A stretch of 60,095 bases of DNA from Candidatus Kaiserbacteria bacterium (GCA_016217935.1 JACRFJ010000010.1:1-60095), one strand, 5' to 3'; numbered from the stretch's first letter, positions 42,821 to 51,542 are shown. Numbers and translations: made by a program. Notes: generated by a model not told the origin, from the letters alone.

Positions 42821-43432
42821 CTACTCGACTCCGGTGATTTTTGAAATCTCAGAGAGCTCTTTCTCGACGTCTTTTTCAGATACCTCAGCTTCGGAAGGTC
42901 GCGATGAGCGTCGTGCTCCGCCACGATAGTTCATGAGGTAGCGGCGCGGGTCTTCGTCGAGGTCGAGGAAATGGTCCGCGACTTCTTTAAGGCGCCCCGA
43001 TGTTGAGCGACCGAAGGAGACGACCTCCACCTGGCACCCGCCGTGGACCTTGAGGTATTCGACAAGGGGTATGAAGTCGCCATCTCCGGTAAAGAGGATC
43101 ACGGTATCGAGCTTTTGCGCCATGGTGATCGCATCGACCGCCATGCCGACGTCCCAATCGGCCTTTTTTGCACCGCCGAAGAAGATCTGCAAATCTTTTG
43201 TGCGTGTCTCAATGCCGATTTTGGCGAGCGCTTCGAAAAAGCCTTTTTCTTCTCCGCTCTCCGTCGTCACCACATAGGCACGAGCGCGAATAAGGCGTCG
43301 GCCGGCGACGCTATCTTTCAGTACATTGCCGAAATTCACCCGTGCGTGATAGATGTTTTTCGCGCTGTGGTAGAGGTTTTGCGTGTCGATGAATACACCG
43401 ACGCGCTGTTCTGGATGTTTAATGATTGCCAT
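42821..43432 (-). CDS. NYN/LabA-like (DUF88) domain protein
   Basis: Carries VGVFIDTQNLY and LFTGDGDFIPL (PIN-like acidic residues). It sits between rpsO and pnp. Confidence 0.8.
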   Translation of the reverse strand: MAIIKHPEQRVGVFIDTQNLYHSAKNIYHARVNFGNVLKDSVAGRRLIRARAYVVTTESGEEKGFFEALAKIGIETRTKDLQIFFGGAKKADWDVGMAVDAITMAQKLDTVILFTGDGDFIPLVEYLKVHGGCQVEVVSFGRSTSGRLKEVADHFLDLDEDPRRYLMNYRGGARRSSRPSEAEVSEKDVEKELSEISKITGVE

Positions 43433-43531
43433 ATAAATATTGCATTAGTTCGTGTAAAAACGAAGAAAACGCATAAAAAGACTCTACGAAGTGTACCTCC
43501 AAATACGGAGTTCGACCAACCGCGTATGCGG

Positions 43532-43798
43532 TTACTTCTTGAGGCCCAATTTCTTCACGAGCGCACCGTACATGCGCTTGTTGTTTTCTTCGAGGTATTT
43601 CAAATGCTTCCGGCGATCAGCAACGAGGCCCAAGAGACCACGGCGCGAATGTTTATCTTTATTATTTTTCGAAAGATGCGCAGAAAGCTCCTCGATACGT
43701 CGCGTCAGAAGAGCGACTTGGACCTCGGGAGAGCCCGTATCCGTATCGTGGCGCTGACCTTTTTTGACCTCGTTGAGCTTCTTTCGCTTTGTAAGCAT
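43532..43798 (-). CDS. rpsO: 30S ribosomal protein S15
   Basis: Carries GSPEVQVALLTRRIEELSAHLSKNNKDKHSRRGLLGLVADRRKHLKYL. The start is ATG 43798 (MLTKRKK). Confidence 0.93.
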   Translation of the reverse strand: MLTKRKKLNEVKKGQRHDTDTGSPEVQVALLTRRIEELSAHLSKNNKDKHSRRGLLGLVADRRKHLKYLEENNKRMYGALVKKLGLKK

Positions 43799-43883
43799 TG
43801 GCCAAATGATAGCATAATACCGAGCTTTTTGCAAGGGTCATCTTTTTTGGACCGAATTCTCCCGGAGGCAGTGTTCGCGATGC

Positions 43884-44369
43884 TTACTGGGTCGAAGTCG
43901 ACGTCGCGGAGACTACCTTGAGCAGTTTTACGTTAAAAATGAGCGTGGAGTTCCCTGGAATAATCACATTCCCATTCTGATCTTTATAATCCGCGCTTCC
44001 GTACCCGAGTCCGGGTGGTATCGCCATCACACGCTCCCCGCCTTCTTTCATACCGTTTACACCGATTTGAAATCCGGGGATCATGCCGGGTGCGCCAAGC
44101 ACAAAGGTAAGCGGCTTGTTGCCGTGCGCTTCGGAGCTATCGAATACGGTGCCATTTTCAAACTGTCCTTTATAGAGTACGGACACCGTATCTCCTGGAC
44201 TTGCTTGTGCTCCAGTTCCCGGGGCGATGTCTTGCGCTTGGACCTGATCGGCTGGAGGGTTTTGATTCGTCTGCGGATCGGAAGTCATCGTAGATTTGTA
44301 TGCGAAATACCCACCGACTGCAAGCACGATAATAACAATGATGCCGATACCGATATTTTTTGTGTTCAT
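43884..44369 (-). CDS. membrane-anchored FKBP-type peptidyl-prolyl cis-trans isomerase
   Basis: Has a TM helix (IGIGIIVIIVLAVGGYFAY) and an FKBP core (VLYKGQFENGTVFDSS...GMIPGFQIGVNGMKEGGERVMAIPPGLGYG). The start is ATG 44369. Confidence 0.88.
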   Translation of the reverse strand: MNTKNIGIGIIVIIVLAVGGYFAYKSTMTSDPQTNQNPPADQVQAQDIAPGTGAQASPGDTVSVLYKGQFENGTVFDSSEAHGNKPLTFVLGAPGMIPGFQIGVNGMKEGGERVMAIPPGLGYGSADYKDQNGNVIIPGNSTLIFNVKLLKVVSATSTSTQ

Positions 44370-44451
44370 CGGATTATTATAGCAGTAGAGTATCTTTCTT
44401 GCAGTTGTCTGCACAACATGATTGCATGCGGGTCGGAAGCGGGAGCTGGCA

Positions 44452-45165
44452 ATGATTATCCTCGCAATGAACCTTCAGCAAGATTTGGTATCTGATCTCA
44501 GGAAGCAAGACTGTCGGGTTCTCGAATTACCATCGATCGATGCCATCGCTTCAAACGGCACCATGGCCTCCTTGAATGGAGAAGAGCACGGGCTCGTGGT
44601 CGATGTCGACCGAGCAGGCAGCGCACGGATACCGAGAGAAATCCGGAAACTGAAATTTGCCGGCCCGATTGTGGGCGTGTCTCGACAGGAGCGCGACTCG
44701 CAAGCTCCGGCGGATGTTGAAGCCGAGGTTGCGTTCATGCACGCAGGCGGCGATCGACTGCTCCGGAGTCCCCTGAGCGGGCGAATCGTCAAAGAGGTCG
44801 TGCGGACGATCTATCGCCGCATCGAATCGACGATCAAGAGATCTGAATCCGCAGCCGCGGAATCTACTCGAGAATTCTATAACCGAAGGTTTCGGATGCA
44901 TCTCGAGCGCAGAGCGGCGACACTTGATGGCATGGAAATTAAATTCACGGTAGGTGAATTCGATATCTTATGGGAACTTGCCGAGCGCCCAGGTACGGTA
45001 TTCAGCCGCGAGCAACTGTGCAAGATACTCGAGATCGGGTTCGAGACCGGCGAGCGCCAGGTCGATTCGCACGTGAAGCGCATCCGTCGCAAGGTTCAGC
45101 GGGTGAAGGCTGACGAGGATATTCTCGATACGATCTATGGTCTTGGGTACAAGGTTAAGATCTGA
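44452..45165 (+). CDS. OmpR/PhoB-type winged-helix regulator with degenerate receiver domain (orphan)
   Basis: The C-terminus carries FTVGEFDILWELAERPGTVFSREQL...VDSHVKRIRRKV...GLGYKV. The N-terminal receiver-like fold lacks the DD pair (MIILAMN) and the conserved Lys (LLRSPL). A GGGAG sits 6 nt before ATG 44452. No kinase gene is nearby. Confidence 0.75.
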   Translation: MIILAMNLQQDLVSDLRKQDCRVLELPSIDAIASNGTMASLNGEEHGLVVDVDRAGSARIPREIRKLKFAGPIVGVSRQERDSQAPADVEAEVAFMHAGGDRLLRSPLSGRIVKEVVRTIYRRIESTIKRSESAAAESTREFYNRRFRMHLERRAATLDGMEIKFTVGEFDILWELAERPGTVFSREQLCKILEIGFETGERQVDSHVKRIRRKVQRVKADEDILDTIYGLGYKVKI

Positions 45166-45186
45166 ATGCTCAGTTTGGAGGAACGC

Positions 45187-45210
45187 AGCCGCGGTTTTCT
45201 TGCCGCGGCT
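45187..45210 (+). terminator. hairpin AGCCGCGG-TTTTCTTG-CCGCGGCT followed by TTCTCTGTATT
   Basis: Read directly from the sequence, about 20 nt after the regulator's stop. Confidence 0.55.
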
Positions 45211-45241
45211 TTCTCTGTATTGAATTTGTTAGAGTGACTGT

Positions 45242-46426
45242 ATGGAGCCGCTTGCATCGAAGATACGTCCGACAACGCTCGACGAATTCGTCGGCCAAGA
45301 ACATCTGACAGGCCCGGGCAAACCCGTGCGTGTCGCGACCGAAAAGAAAGAACTCTTTTCATTTATATTGTGGGGCCCGCCTGGCTCGGGCAAAACGACA
45401 CTCGCGCGGATTTATGCCAACGCACTCGATGCAGAATTTCACGAGGTCTCTGCAGTCGAGGCGGGCAAAGATGACATCAAAAAAATCATTCCGAAACGAG
45501 GGACGCTCGCGATTTTGAAACCAGTGATTCTCTTCGTCGATGAAATCCATCGATTCAATAAAGCACAGCAGGATTTTCTACTTCCCTTTGTCGAGCGTGG
45601 CGATCTTACGCTGATCGGTGCAACCACCGAGAACCCTTCGTTTGAAGTGATCGCTCCACTTCTCTCTCGCTGTCGCGTGTTTGTGCTCAATGAGCATAGC
45701 GAGAAAGAAATGGAGAAAATAATTGCGTACGCTGCGAAAAAAATCTCCGCCAAAGGCGGATCCGCCTCGGGCGGAAAAATCCCGAAAGATGCACGCGATT
45801 GGCTTATCGCGATGGCACAAGGTGATGCCCGCCAAGCAATCACGGTGCTTGAAACCGCAAAAAAATTGTATGGCGAGATTTCGATTGAATCGCTCAAAGA
45901 TGCGATCCAATCGAAACACCTTCGCTACGACAAAAAAGGGGAAGAACACTACAACATCATCTCCGCATTCATCAAATCAATGCGCGCATCGCAGCCGGAC
46001 GCTGCGCTCTACTACCTCGCACGCATGGTGAAAGCGGGTGAGGATCCCAAATTCATCGCGCGACGCATGGTGGTTTTCGCATCGGAAGACATCGGGCTTG
46101 GTACACCGACCGCGCTCGTAGTCGCCAATGCGGTATTTCGCGCGTGTGAAACGATTGGCTACCCCGAATGTGCGATCAATCTCGCGCACGGAGTCGCGTA
46201 TTTGGCGAACGCCGAGAAAAGTCGCGCATCATACGATGCGTATCAGGAAGCGGTCTCCGATGTGGAGGAGCATGGCAATCTCCCGATTCCCATGAAAGTG
46301 CGCAATGCACCGACGAAATTGATGAAAGAGCTCGGATACCACAAAGGCTACACACTGTATGACAAAGATTCATATCTGCCGGACAAAATAAAGAAAAACA
46401 AGTATTTGAAAGGAGAAAAAAACTGA
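45242..46426 (+). CDS. rarA: replication-associated recombination protein A (RarA/MgsA)
   Basis: Carries ILWGPPGSGKTTLA and ILFVDEIHRFNKAQQD, plus the C-terminal MgsA domain (HYNIISAFIKSMRASQPDAALYYLARM). Confidence 0.93.
   Translation: MEPLASKIRPTTLDEFVGQEHLTGPGKPVRVATEKKELFSFILWGPPGSGKTTLARIYANALDAEFHEVSAVEAGKDDIKKIIPKRGTLAILKPVILFVDEIHRFNKAQQDFLLPFVERGDLTLIGATTENPSFEVIAPLLSRCRVFVLNEHSEKEMEKIIAYAAKKISAKGGSASGGKIPKDARDWLIAMAQGDARQAITVLETAKKLYGEISIESLKDAIQSKHLRYDKKGEEHYNIISAFIKSMRASQPDAALYYLARMVKAGEDPKFIARRMVVFASEDIGLGTPTALVVANAVFRACETIGYPECAINLAHGVAYLANAEKSRASYDAYQEAVSDVEEHGNLPIPMKVRNAPTKLMKELGYHKGYTLYDKDSYLPDKIKKNKYLKGEKN
45746..45775. repeat. 30-bp double-hairpin element (copy in rarA, in frame)
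   Basis: Reads TCCGCCAAAGGCGGA TCCGCCTCGGGCGGA. It is translated as SAKGGSASGG and flanked by AAAATC on both sides (45740-45745 and 45776-45781). Confidence 0.95.
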
Positions 46427-46443
46427 GGGAGGTTCGACCTCCC
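46427..46443. terminator. bidirectional hairpin GGGAGGT-TCG-ACCTCCC between convergent rarA and the 46455 ORF
   Basis: The stem starts right after the rarA TGA. The plus strand continues TTTC, and the minus strand continues TCAGTTTTTTTC. Confidence 0.65.
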
Positions 46444-46454
46444 TTTCAACTTTC

Positions 46455-46754
46455 TCAGACGAGTTTGCTGCAGATGACACTCGTGCGGTGACACCCGCTG
46501 TAAAATCTGAGCGTGAGTGCCATCGCAGTCATGTTCGGTGTGAACTTTATCGCCCGGCGGTCCAGACTCGCCCTCGTCGGCAGACCAGCTCGGCTGAGGA
46601 ACATACACAGAGCAATCCAGCCCCGCTCGATCGCGATGAAGTGAATCGAGGCGGCGCCTATGTCGGCGATCATGACCTCGATGCGGCGATCTTCGAGCGC
46701 ACTTTCCTGAACGTCGATGACAGCATCGTAGGAGAGTCCGGCTGTGGGACGCAT
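46455..46754 (-). CDS. hypothetical protein (99 aa)
   Basis: A GGAGG sits 5 nt before ATG 46754, and the terminator hairpin lies just after the stop. No recognisable motif was found. Overlapping ORFs in other frames look non-coding. Confidence 0.4.
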   Translation of the reverse strand: MRPTAGLSYDAVIDVQESALEDRRIEVMIADIGAASIHFIAIERGWIALCMFLSRAGLPTRASLDRRAIKFTPNMTAMALTLRFYSGCHRTSVICSKLV

Positions 46755-46915
46755 CGCGCCCTCCTCTGAAACCTGTATGTATTGTATCGAAGATCACTCT
46801 GTACAAGTGTCAGCGTGTGGAGAGTGGTAAAATATTGTGCGACACCTCTACGCCGAGGCATCGAGGTGCACACATGGCTACAGATCTACATTCGCCGCTC
46901 AAGAATCAATTCCTC

Positions 46916-46945
46916 CCGGCCCGAGGCCGGTCCGCCTCGGGCGGA
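46916..46945. repeat. 30-bp double-hairpin element (intergenic variant, supplies the xerC SD)
   Basis: Reads CCGGCCCGAGGCCGG TCCGCCTCGGGCGGA. The second hairpin is identical to the rarA copy. The GGAG at 46943-46946 lies 7 nt before the xerC ATG. Confidence 0.9.
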
Positions 46946-46953
46946 GAATACCT

Positions 46954-47883
46954 ATGAAGGATGTAACGCATCTGAAGACTGATTTTTTGGAGTATTTGGA
47001 AATCGAAAAAGGTCGCAGCGTGAAAACGGTCGAGAATTACGACCGGTACCTCAGGCGATTTTTCTCGTTTGCAAAAGTAAAATCACCTGGCCAGATAACA
47101 GAGAAATCTGTTCGCGAATTCCGCATCTCGCTCAATCGATCCGCGGGTGTGAGTGGTACGATGAAAAAGAATACGCAGAATTATCACCTGATCGCACTCC
47201 GCGCATTTCTCAAATTTCTGCGCAAGCGGGACGTGGAGTCGCTGAATCCAGAGCGGATTGAACTCGCGAAGACCGGTGGACGTGATCTCGATCTCATCAC
47301 CGCCGACGAGCTCAATCGTCTGATCCGCGGCCCGCAGGGTGATTCGCTCCAAGCGCTTCGTGATCGCGCGATGCTCGAGCTTCTCTTCTCGACCGGCCTT
47401 CGTGTTTCCGAACTCTGCTCACTGAATCAAGATCTCGATCTTTCGCGCGACGAATTTTCGGTGCGCGGCAAGGGCGACAAGGTACGCGTCGTCTTCCTTT
47501 CGGCATCAGCCAAAAAAGCGGTGGCGGATTATTTGAAGAAGCGGGGCGATTTTGGAGAAGCGCTTTTTGTGGGGTATAGCTCGATCAAGAAAGGCCCCTC
47601 GACTCCGCTCGGGACAAGCAAAGATCTCTCCCGCCTCACGCCGCGGTCAGTGGAACGCATCGTAAAGCGCTACGCGACAAAAGCAGGCATCACGCGCAAG
47701 GTCACGCCGCACGTGATTCGGCACTCATTTGCGACAGATTTGTTGGAAAACGGAGCAGATCTTCGTTCGGTACAAGCACTTCTCGGACATGCCAACATCG
47801 CGACCACGCAGGTGTATACTCACGTGACCGACAAACACCTCCGCGAGGTGCATAAGGCTTTTCACGGTAAACGAAGGCACTAG
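46954..47883 (+). CDS. XerC/XerD-type tyrosine site-specific recombinase
   Basis: Has an N-terminal SAM-like domain (FLEYLEIEKGRSVKTVENYDRYL). Catalytic residues lie in TGLRVSEL, HVIRHSFAT and LLGHANIATTQVYTHV. The ORF opens at 46837. Confidence 0.9.
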   Translation: MKDVTHLKTDFLEYLEIEKGRSVKTVENYDRYLRRFFSFAKVKSPGQITEKSVREFRISLNRSAGVSGTMKKNTQNYHLIALRAFLKFLRKRDVESLNPERIELAKTGGRDLDLITADELNRLIRGPQGDSLQALRDRAMLELLFSTGLRVSELCSLNQDLDLSRDEFSVRGKGDKVRVVFLSASAKKAVADYLKKRGDFGEALFVGYSSIKKGPSTPLGTSKDLSRLTPRSVERIVKRYATKAGITRKVTPHVIRHSFATDLLENGADLRSVQALLGHANIATTQVYTHVTDKHLREVHKAFHGKRRH

Positions 47884-48240
47884 TATCTTCCCCTTCCCCG
47901 ACTGCGCCAATACGCAAACGGGGAAAAGTGCAATTTTAGTGCGCCGGCCTCCATGATTGGGTATGGTACCTGCGAATCGGCACGATATTGGGGTAATGCG
48001 GCTTAGGCTTGATTGGAGTAGCCACGCGGAAAACTCCCGGCCGATCCTCGCGGACCACATTGAATGTGTCCCATTCCGCCCGTCCCTTCTCATGCACTCT
48101 CGCAAACAAAGAAAGCTGGTAGGTCATATGCGCACGCGACGGCCGACTTTATGCAAGCGCGTCTCGTAAAGGGTAAGACGTGGTGCCGAGCCTCGCACTT
48201 ACCGTTTATATCTCTCAGAGGATGACGCGTATGTGAAGTT

Positions 48241-48273
48241 TAAAAGAGATGGCCGCACGCGAGAGCGTGCGGC
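48241..48273 (-). terminator. hairpin GCCGCACGC-GAGA-GCGTGCGGC; minus strand continues CATCTCTTTTA
   Basis: 9-bp GC-rich stem located 40 nt after the stop of the 48313 ORF. Confidence 0.5.
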
Positions 48274-48312
48274 TGTAGAGCGAAAGAGCGGGAAGGCCGC
48301 ATGATGCGGCCG

Positions 48313-48588
48313 TTACGAGGGTTTGGCCTCGATGCCGTCGGCCTTGAGGAAACGCTGGATCGGTTCGTGTTGGTCGATATCGTGGAGGACCTTCCACGGG
48401 TCGTGCTCGCTACCGTTTTGCGCATGAGTAAGCGCGCGATGAGCTTCGGCAACGAGCTCGGGGTCGATCGGCGTTTTCGCGGGCTCAATCCCGAGCGCGA
48501 TTTTGTGAGCTTTTATCGCTGCAACCATGAGCGCTGCTTGTCGCTCGACCACGTGTCGTGGAAGGGGTCCGTCGCTTCGATTCGGCAT
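48313..48588 (-). CDS. hypothetical protein (91 aa)
   Basis: A GGAG sits 6 nt before ATG 48588, and a terminator lies downstream. The sequence is helical-looking. The competing plus-strand frame is only an N-terminal extension of xth with no homology logic. Confidence 0.45.
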   Translation of the reverse strand: MPNRSDGPLPRHVVERQAALMVAAIKAHKIALGIEPAKTPIDPELVAEAHRALTHAQNGSEHDPWKVLHDIDQHEPIQRFLKADGIEAKPS

Positions 48589-48684
48589 TGCGTGCTCCGA
48601 GGTACCTCCCCTACGAGTCGCGACGGAGTCGATTCACACAAGCTTACAGGCCTCATGTTATGGTATTCATGTAACGCTCACGCT

Positions 48685-49488
48685 ATGAAACTTGTCTCGT
48701 GGAACGTAAATGGCATTCGGAGCATTCACAAGCGCGGACAACTCACGCCATTTATAGAGAAATTCCGTCCAGACATGCTCTGTTTCCAAGAAACCAAAGC
48801 CGAGGAGCATCAATCCGAGGTCGATTTGCCGGAATACGAAGAATACTGGAATTCATCTGAGGGCAAGAAAGGCTATGCTGGTACGGCGATCTTCACCAAG
48901 GTGAAACCCGAAACCGTCACTTTGGGCTTTCCTGAAGACATTCTCAAAAAGTACCAATTGGCAGACAAATACGGTGACCCCAATGCCGAAGGCCGCGTCA
49001 TCGCAGCGGAATTCGAGCATTTTTACCTCGTCAACTGCTACACTCCCAATGCAAAACCAGATTTAGGTCGCCTTCCACTGCGCCACAAGGGCTGGGACCC
49101 TGCTTTTCTCGCCTACCTCGAGCACTTGGAAAAGGAGAAGCCGGTCATTGCATGCGGAGATCTCAATGTGGCCCACACTGAGGACGATCTAGCGAATCCA
49201 AAGCAAAATGAAGGCGAGAAAGGTTTCACCAAAGAGGAACGTGAAGGTATCGACAAGCTCATTCAGGCAGGATTTGTAGATACCTTCCGTCTCTTCACCG
49301 AGGGCAAGGGTTTTTATACCTGGTGGAGTCACTTTTCGAATGCGCGCGAGAGAAACGTCGGCTGGAGAATCGACTATTTTTTCGTGAGCAAGGATTTGGC
49401 ACCACTCGTGACTCGTGCTCGAATCCATCCGGAAGTCTATGGGTCCGATCATTGTCCGGTGTCTCTTGATATCGATATAAGCTCGTGA
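48685..49488 (+). CDS. xth: exodeoxyribonuclease III (Xth/APE1 family)
   Basis: Carries MKLVSWNVNGIRS, CFQETK and CGDLNVAH, and ends with GSDHCPV. The start is ATG 48685. Confidence 0.92.
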   Translation: MKLVSWNVNGIRSIHKRGQLTPFIEKFRPDMLCFQETKAEEHQSEVDLPEYEEYWNSSEGKKGYAGTAIFTKVKPETVTLGFPEDILKKYQLADKYGDPNAEGRVIAAEFEHFYLVNCYTPNAKPDLGRLPLRHKGWDPAFLAYLEHLEKEKPVIACGDLNVAHTEDDLANPKQNEGEKGFTKEEREGIDKLIQAGFVDTFRLFTEGKGFYTWWSHFSNARERNVGWRIDYFFVSKDLAPLVTRARIHPEVYGSDHCPVSLDIDISS

Positions 49489-49497
49489 CGAAGGCAT

Positions 49498-49521
49498 CTG
49501 AGCAAGGGTTCCCCTTGCTCA
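49498..49521. repeat. hairpin repeat CTGAGCAAGGG-TTC-CCCTTGCTCA (copy C)
   Basis: Matches copy B at 24/25 positions. It lies 10 nt after the xth stop. Confidence 0.9.
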
Positions 49522-49556
49522 AACTCGAGGATGTCCGTTATCCACAGGTCTTGTCC

Positions 49557-49585
49557 TTTACGATTGTCCTATATATCTATATACT
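49557..49585 (+). promoter_or_regulatory. possible promoter TTTACG-N17-TATACT
   Basis: Read directly from the sequence. No ORF follows. The downstream ~260 nt end in a compound hairpin plus T-run (49752-49852). Confidence 0.3.
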
Positions 49586-49751
49586 GCTGCTTGGTAAAGA
49601 TCTTTACGTATCTTCTCGTCTTTCGAACATCAACGAGATGCATAGGTACAAATAATCGCACACTTGTTAAACGACACCTCTGTGTCGACTGTATGTAGAG
49701 GTATTTGTCCAGCTTCTCGCGATCTTTTTTTGAAAAACGAAGAAGAACCCG

Positions 49752-50023
49752 AAAGTCGCCTGACGCAGGCGGCCCCTTAGAGGAAATCTTATAGAGAGAG
49801 AAAGATTACCTCCTATTGCAGGCCACCCCGTCAGGCGATTTTTCTTTTTCTGTTCATATCCCGAGCGAAGCTCGGGCCGTTCTGAACAGAAAAAGAAAAA
49901 TGACCGGAGCCGGGACCCATGCCCGATTCAAGGGCATGGGCGGCGAGGTGGGGGCTGCAGGCGCTGAACGAAGTGAAGCGAACTGTGGCCTTTTCTTTTT
50001 CCCACTCAGTGGGAAAAAGAAAA
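49752..50023. repeat. hairpin-dense non-coding island
   Basis: Four hairpins were read directly from the sequence:
- a compound stem-loop at 49752-49842 (14-bp outer stem)
- an 18-bp perfect stem, TTTTTCTTTTTCTGTTCA/TGAACAGAAAAAGAAAAA, at 49839-49900 enclosing CCCGAGC-GAA-GCTCGGG
- a 9-bp stem at 49916-49940
- a 15-bp perfect stem, TTTTCTTTTTCCCAC/GTGGGAAAAAGAAAA, at 49991-50023. Confidence 0.9.
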
Positions 50024-50028
50024 TGAGT

Positions 50029-50055
50029 GCAGATTGCAGCCAGACTGCAATCTGC
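50029..50055. terminator. bidirectional terminator GCAGATTGCAG-CCAGA-CTGCAATCTGC
   Basis: 11-bp perfect stem. The plus strand continues CGATTTTTC and the minus strand continues ACTCATTTTCTTTTTC. It lies 15 nt after the cca stop. Confidence 0.7.
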
Positions 50056-50069
50056 CGATTTTTCAGTGC

Positions 50070-51542
50070 CTATTCAACATGATGTTTTTCCCGCAATTTC
50101 TTGATCTCGGCTTCGTCTACCTCTTCCTTTCGGTCTTTTCCTTGCTCACCGAGCGCTCTCAGCTCTTTATCAGTGAGTTTCGCAAGCTCTTGCGCGCGCG
50201 ACCGCATATACTCTTCGGTATTTTTCTCCGGGTCGTCGAGCACTTCCTCGAGAAGCGCATGCAGAATCCAGCCGATTCGCGGCCCCGGCTTCTCTGCCGT
50301 CATTTGCATGAGGCCATCACCGTCGATTTTGAGCATGCCGACGGAAATCGGATCACGAAGTGCCTCGTCGATCATCGACATATACTTACGCAGTCGAAAC
50401 GGGTGTTCCTTGGGTCGACCGGTGCCAATCCTGTCACACACACGGAGATTCAGTAGATCATTGATATGCTCGCGCCCGACACGCGCGATCGTTCTGCGCA
50501 CTGCGGCGAGTGTCACGACATCGGGGTCTGAGAAAAACATATGCCAACGAATGAGTGCAACGACTTTCTCGATCAAATCTTTTGGATACTTCAGATCGTG
50601 CAAGATCTTCTTTGCCATTTTCGCGGAGACCACATCGTGCCCATAGAAGGTCCAATCCTTTTTTTCGTCCGACCATGCGCGTGTCGCGGGTTTTCCGATA
50701 TCGTGGAGGAGTGAGGCAAGCCGAATCTCGAGCGGCCAGTTTTTATCTGCGGCATGCTGCAGCGAGCGCAGCAAATGCTCGAATACGTCAAACGAGTGCG
50801 CCTGATTTTGCGCGCAGCCGATTCCGCTTTCAAGTTCGGGGACCATGTATCGTAAGATACCAAGCTTTTGGGCCAAAAAACACGCTTGCATCGGCCGTTC
50901 GCTGAGTAGAATTCGCGAGAATTCATCGCGCACGCGCTCGCGGGAGATCTTCTCAAGTTGTGTCGCGTTTTTTGCAATACCCTCAATAACGCTGCTATCC
51001 AACGCAAAATCGAGTTCAGCTGCGATGCGGATCGCGCGGAGCATGCGAAGCGCATCCTCTTCGAATCGTTCGTGCGGATTGCCGACGGCAACGACGACGC
51101 GACGCTTGAGATCCGCTTGCCCTCCGTGTTCGTCGATCACTTCTCCTACACGGATATCATATGCGATCGCATTGATCGTAAAGTCGCGGCGCTTGAGATC
51201 GTCGGAAAGATTGTCGCTGAAGTGAATGGTGTCGGGATGTCGAGCGTTGGAATATTTGCCTTCCAAACGAAACGGAGTGATCTCGATTACTTTGAGTCGC
51301 GGATTTTCGGATTGTGTGACGACGCCGACGGTACCGTACTCGTTCTCATAGAACGTCTCGTCGAAAAGTTTCTGGATCTCCTCCGGCTTCGCATTCGTGG
51401 TGATGTCCCAATCCTTTGGCTCGCGCCCGATCAGAAGATCGCGCACGCACCCGCCCACGAGATACGATTGGTAGCCAGCCCCTATCAGCTTTTCGCTGCA
51501 CGCGCGTACCTCGTCTGGCACGTTCAACTCTTTGACGTTCAT
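50070..51542 (-). CDS. cca: CCA-adding tRNA nucleotidyltransferase with HD domain
   Basis: Carries GGCVRDLL..DWDITT (polymerase beta-type head) and an HD motif, LLHDIGK. The start is ATG 51542 (MNVKELNVPDEV). The longer ORF would overlap tRNA-Arg. Confidence 0.9.
   Translation of the reverse strand: MNVKELNVPDEVRACSEKLIGAGYQSYLVGGCVRDLLIGREPKDWDITTNAKPEEIQKLFDETFYENEYGTVGVVTQSENPRLKVIEITPFRLEGKYSNARHPDTIHFSDNLSDDLKRRDFTINAIAYDIRVGEVIDEHGGQADLKRRVVVAVGNPHERFEEDALRMLRAIRIAAELDFALDSSVIEGIAKNATQLEKISRERVRDEFSRILLSERPMQACFLAQKLGILRYMVPELESGIGCAQNQAHSFDVFEHLLRSLQHAADKNWPLEIRLASLLHDIGKPATRAWSDEKKDWTFYGHDVVSAKMAKKILHDLKYPKDLIEKVVALIRWHMFFSDPDVVTLAAVRRTIARVGREHINDLLNLRVCDRIGTGRPKEHPFRLRKYMSMIDEALRDPISVGMLKIDGDGLMQMTAEKPGPRIGWILHALLEEVLDDPEKNTEEYMRSRAQELAKLTDKELRALGEQGKDRKEEVDEAEIKKLREKHHVE

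Noticed and set aside
43043-43921. 292-aa plus-strand ORF
   Set aside because: It is antisense to the NYN gene and rpsO, and spans their intergenic region.
47936-48127. 63-aa minus-strand ORF (MTYQLSLFARVHEKGRAEWDTF...)
   Set aside because: It has no SD, lies beyond the terminator of the upstream ORF, and has no motif. It is possibly a gene remnant but is not supportable.
48301-48684. 128-codon N-terminal extension of the xth ORF
   Set aside because: Xth-family proteins start at MKLVSWNVNG (ATG 48685). The extension has no homology logic and is antisense to an SD-supported small ORF.
49752-50055. CRISPR array or integron attC cassette array
   Set aside because: The hairpins are not evenly spaced direct repeats separated by unique spacers. 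Only two stems share arm sequence, and no cas or intI gene is in the window.
49901-50082. 60-aa ORF (MTGAGTHARFKGMGGE...) inside the hairpin island
   Set aside because: The sequence is entirely made of hairpin arms. No SD is present, and it overlaps the cca terminator and the cca 3' end.
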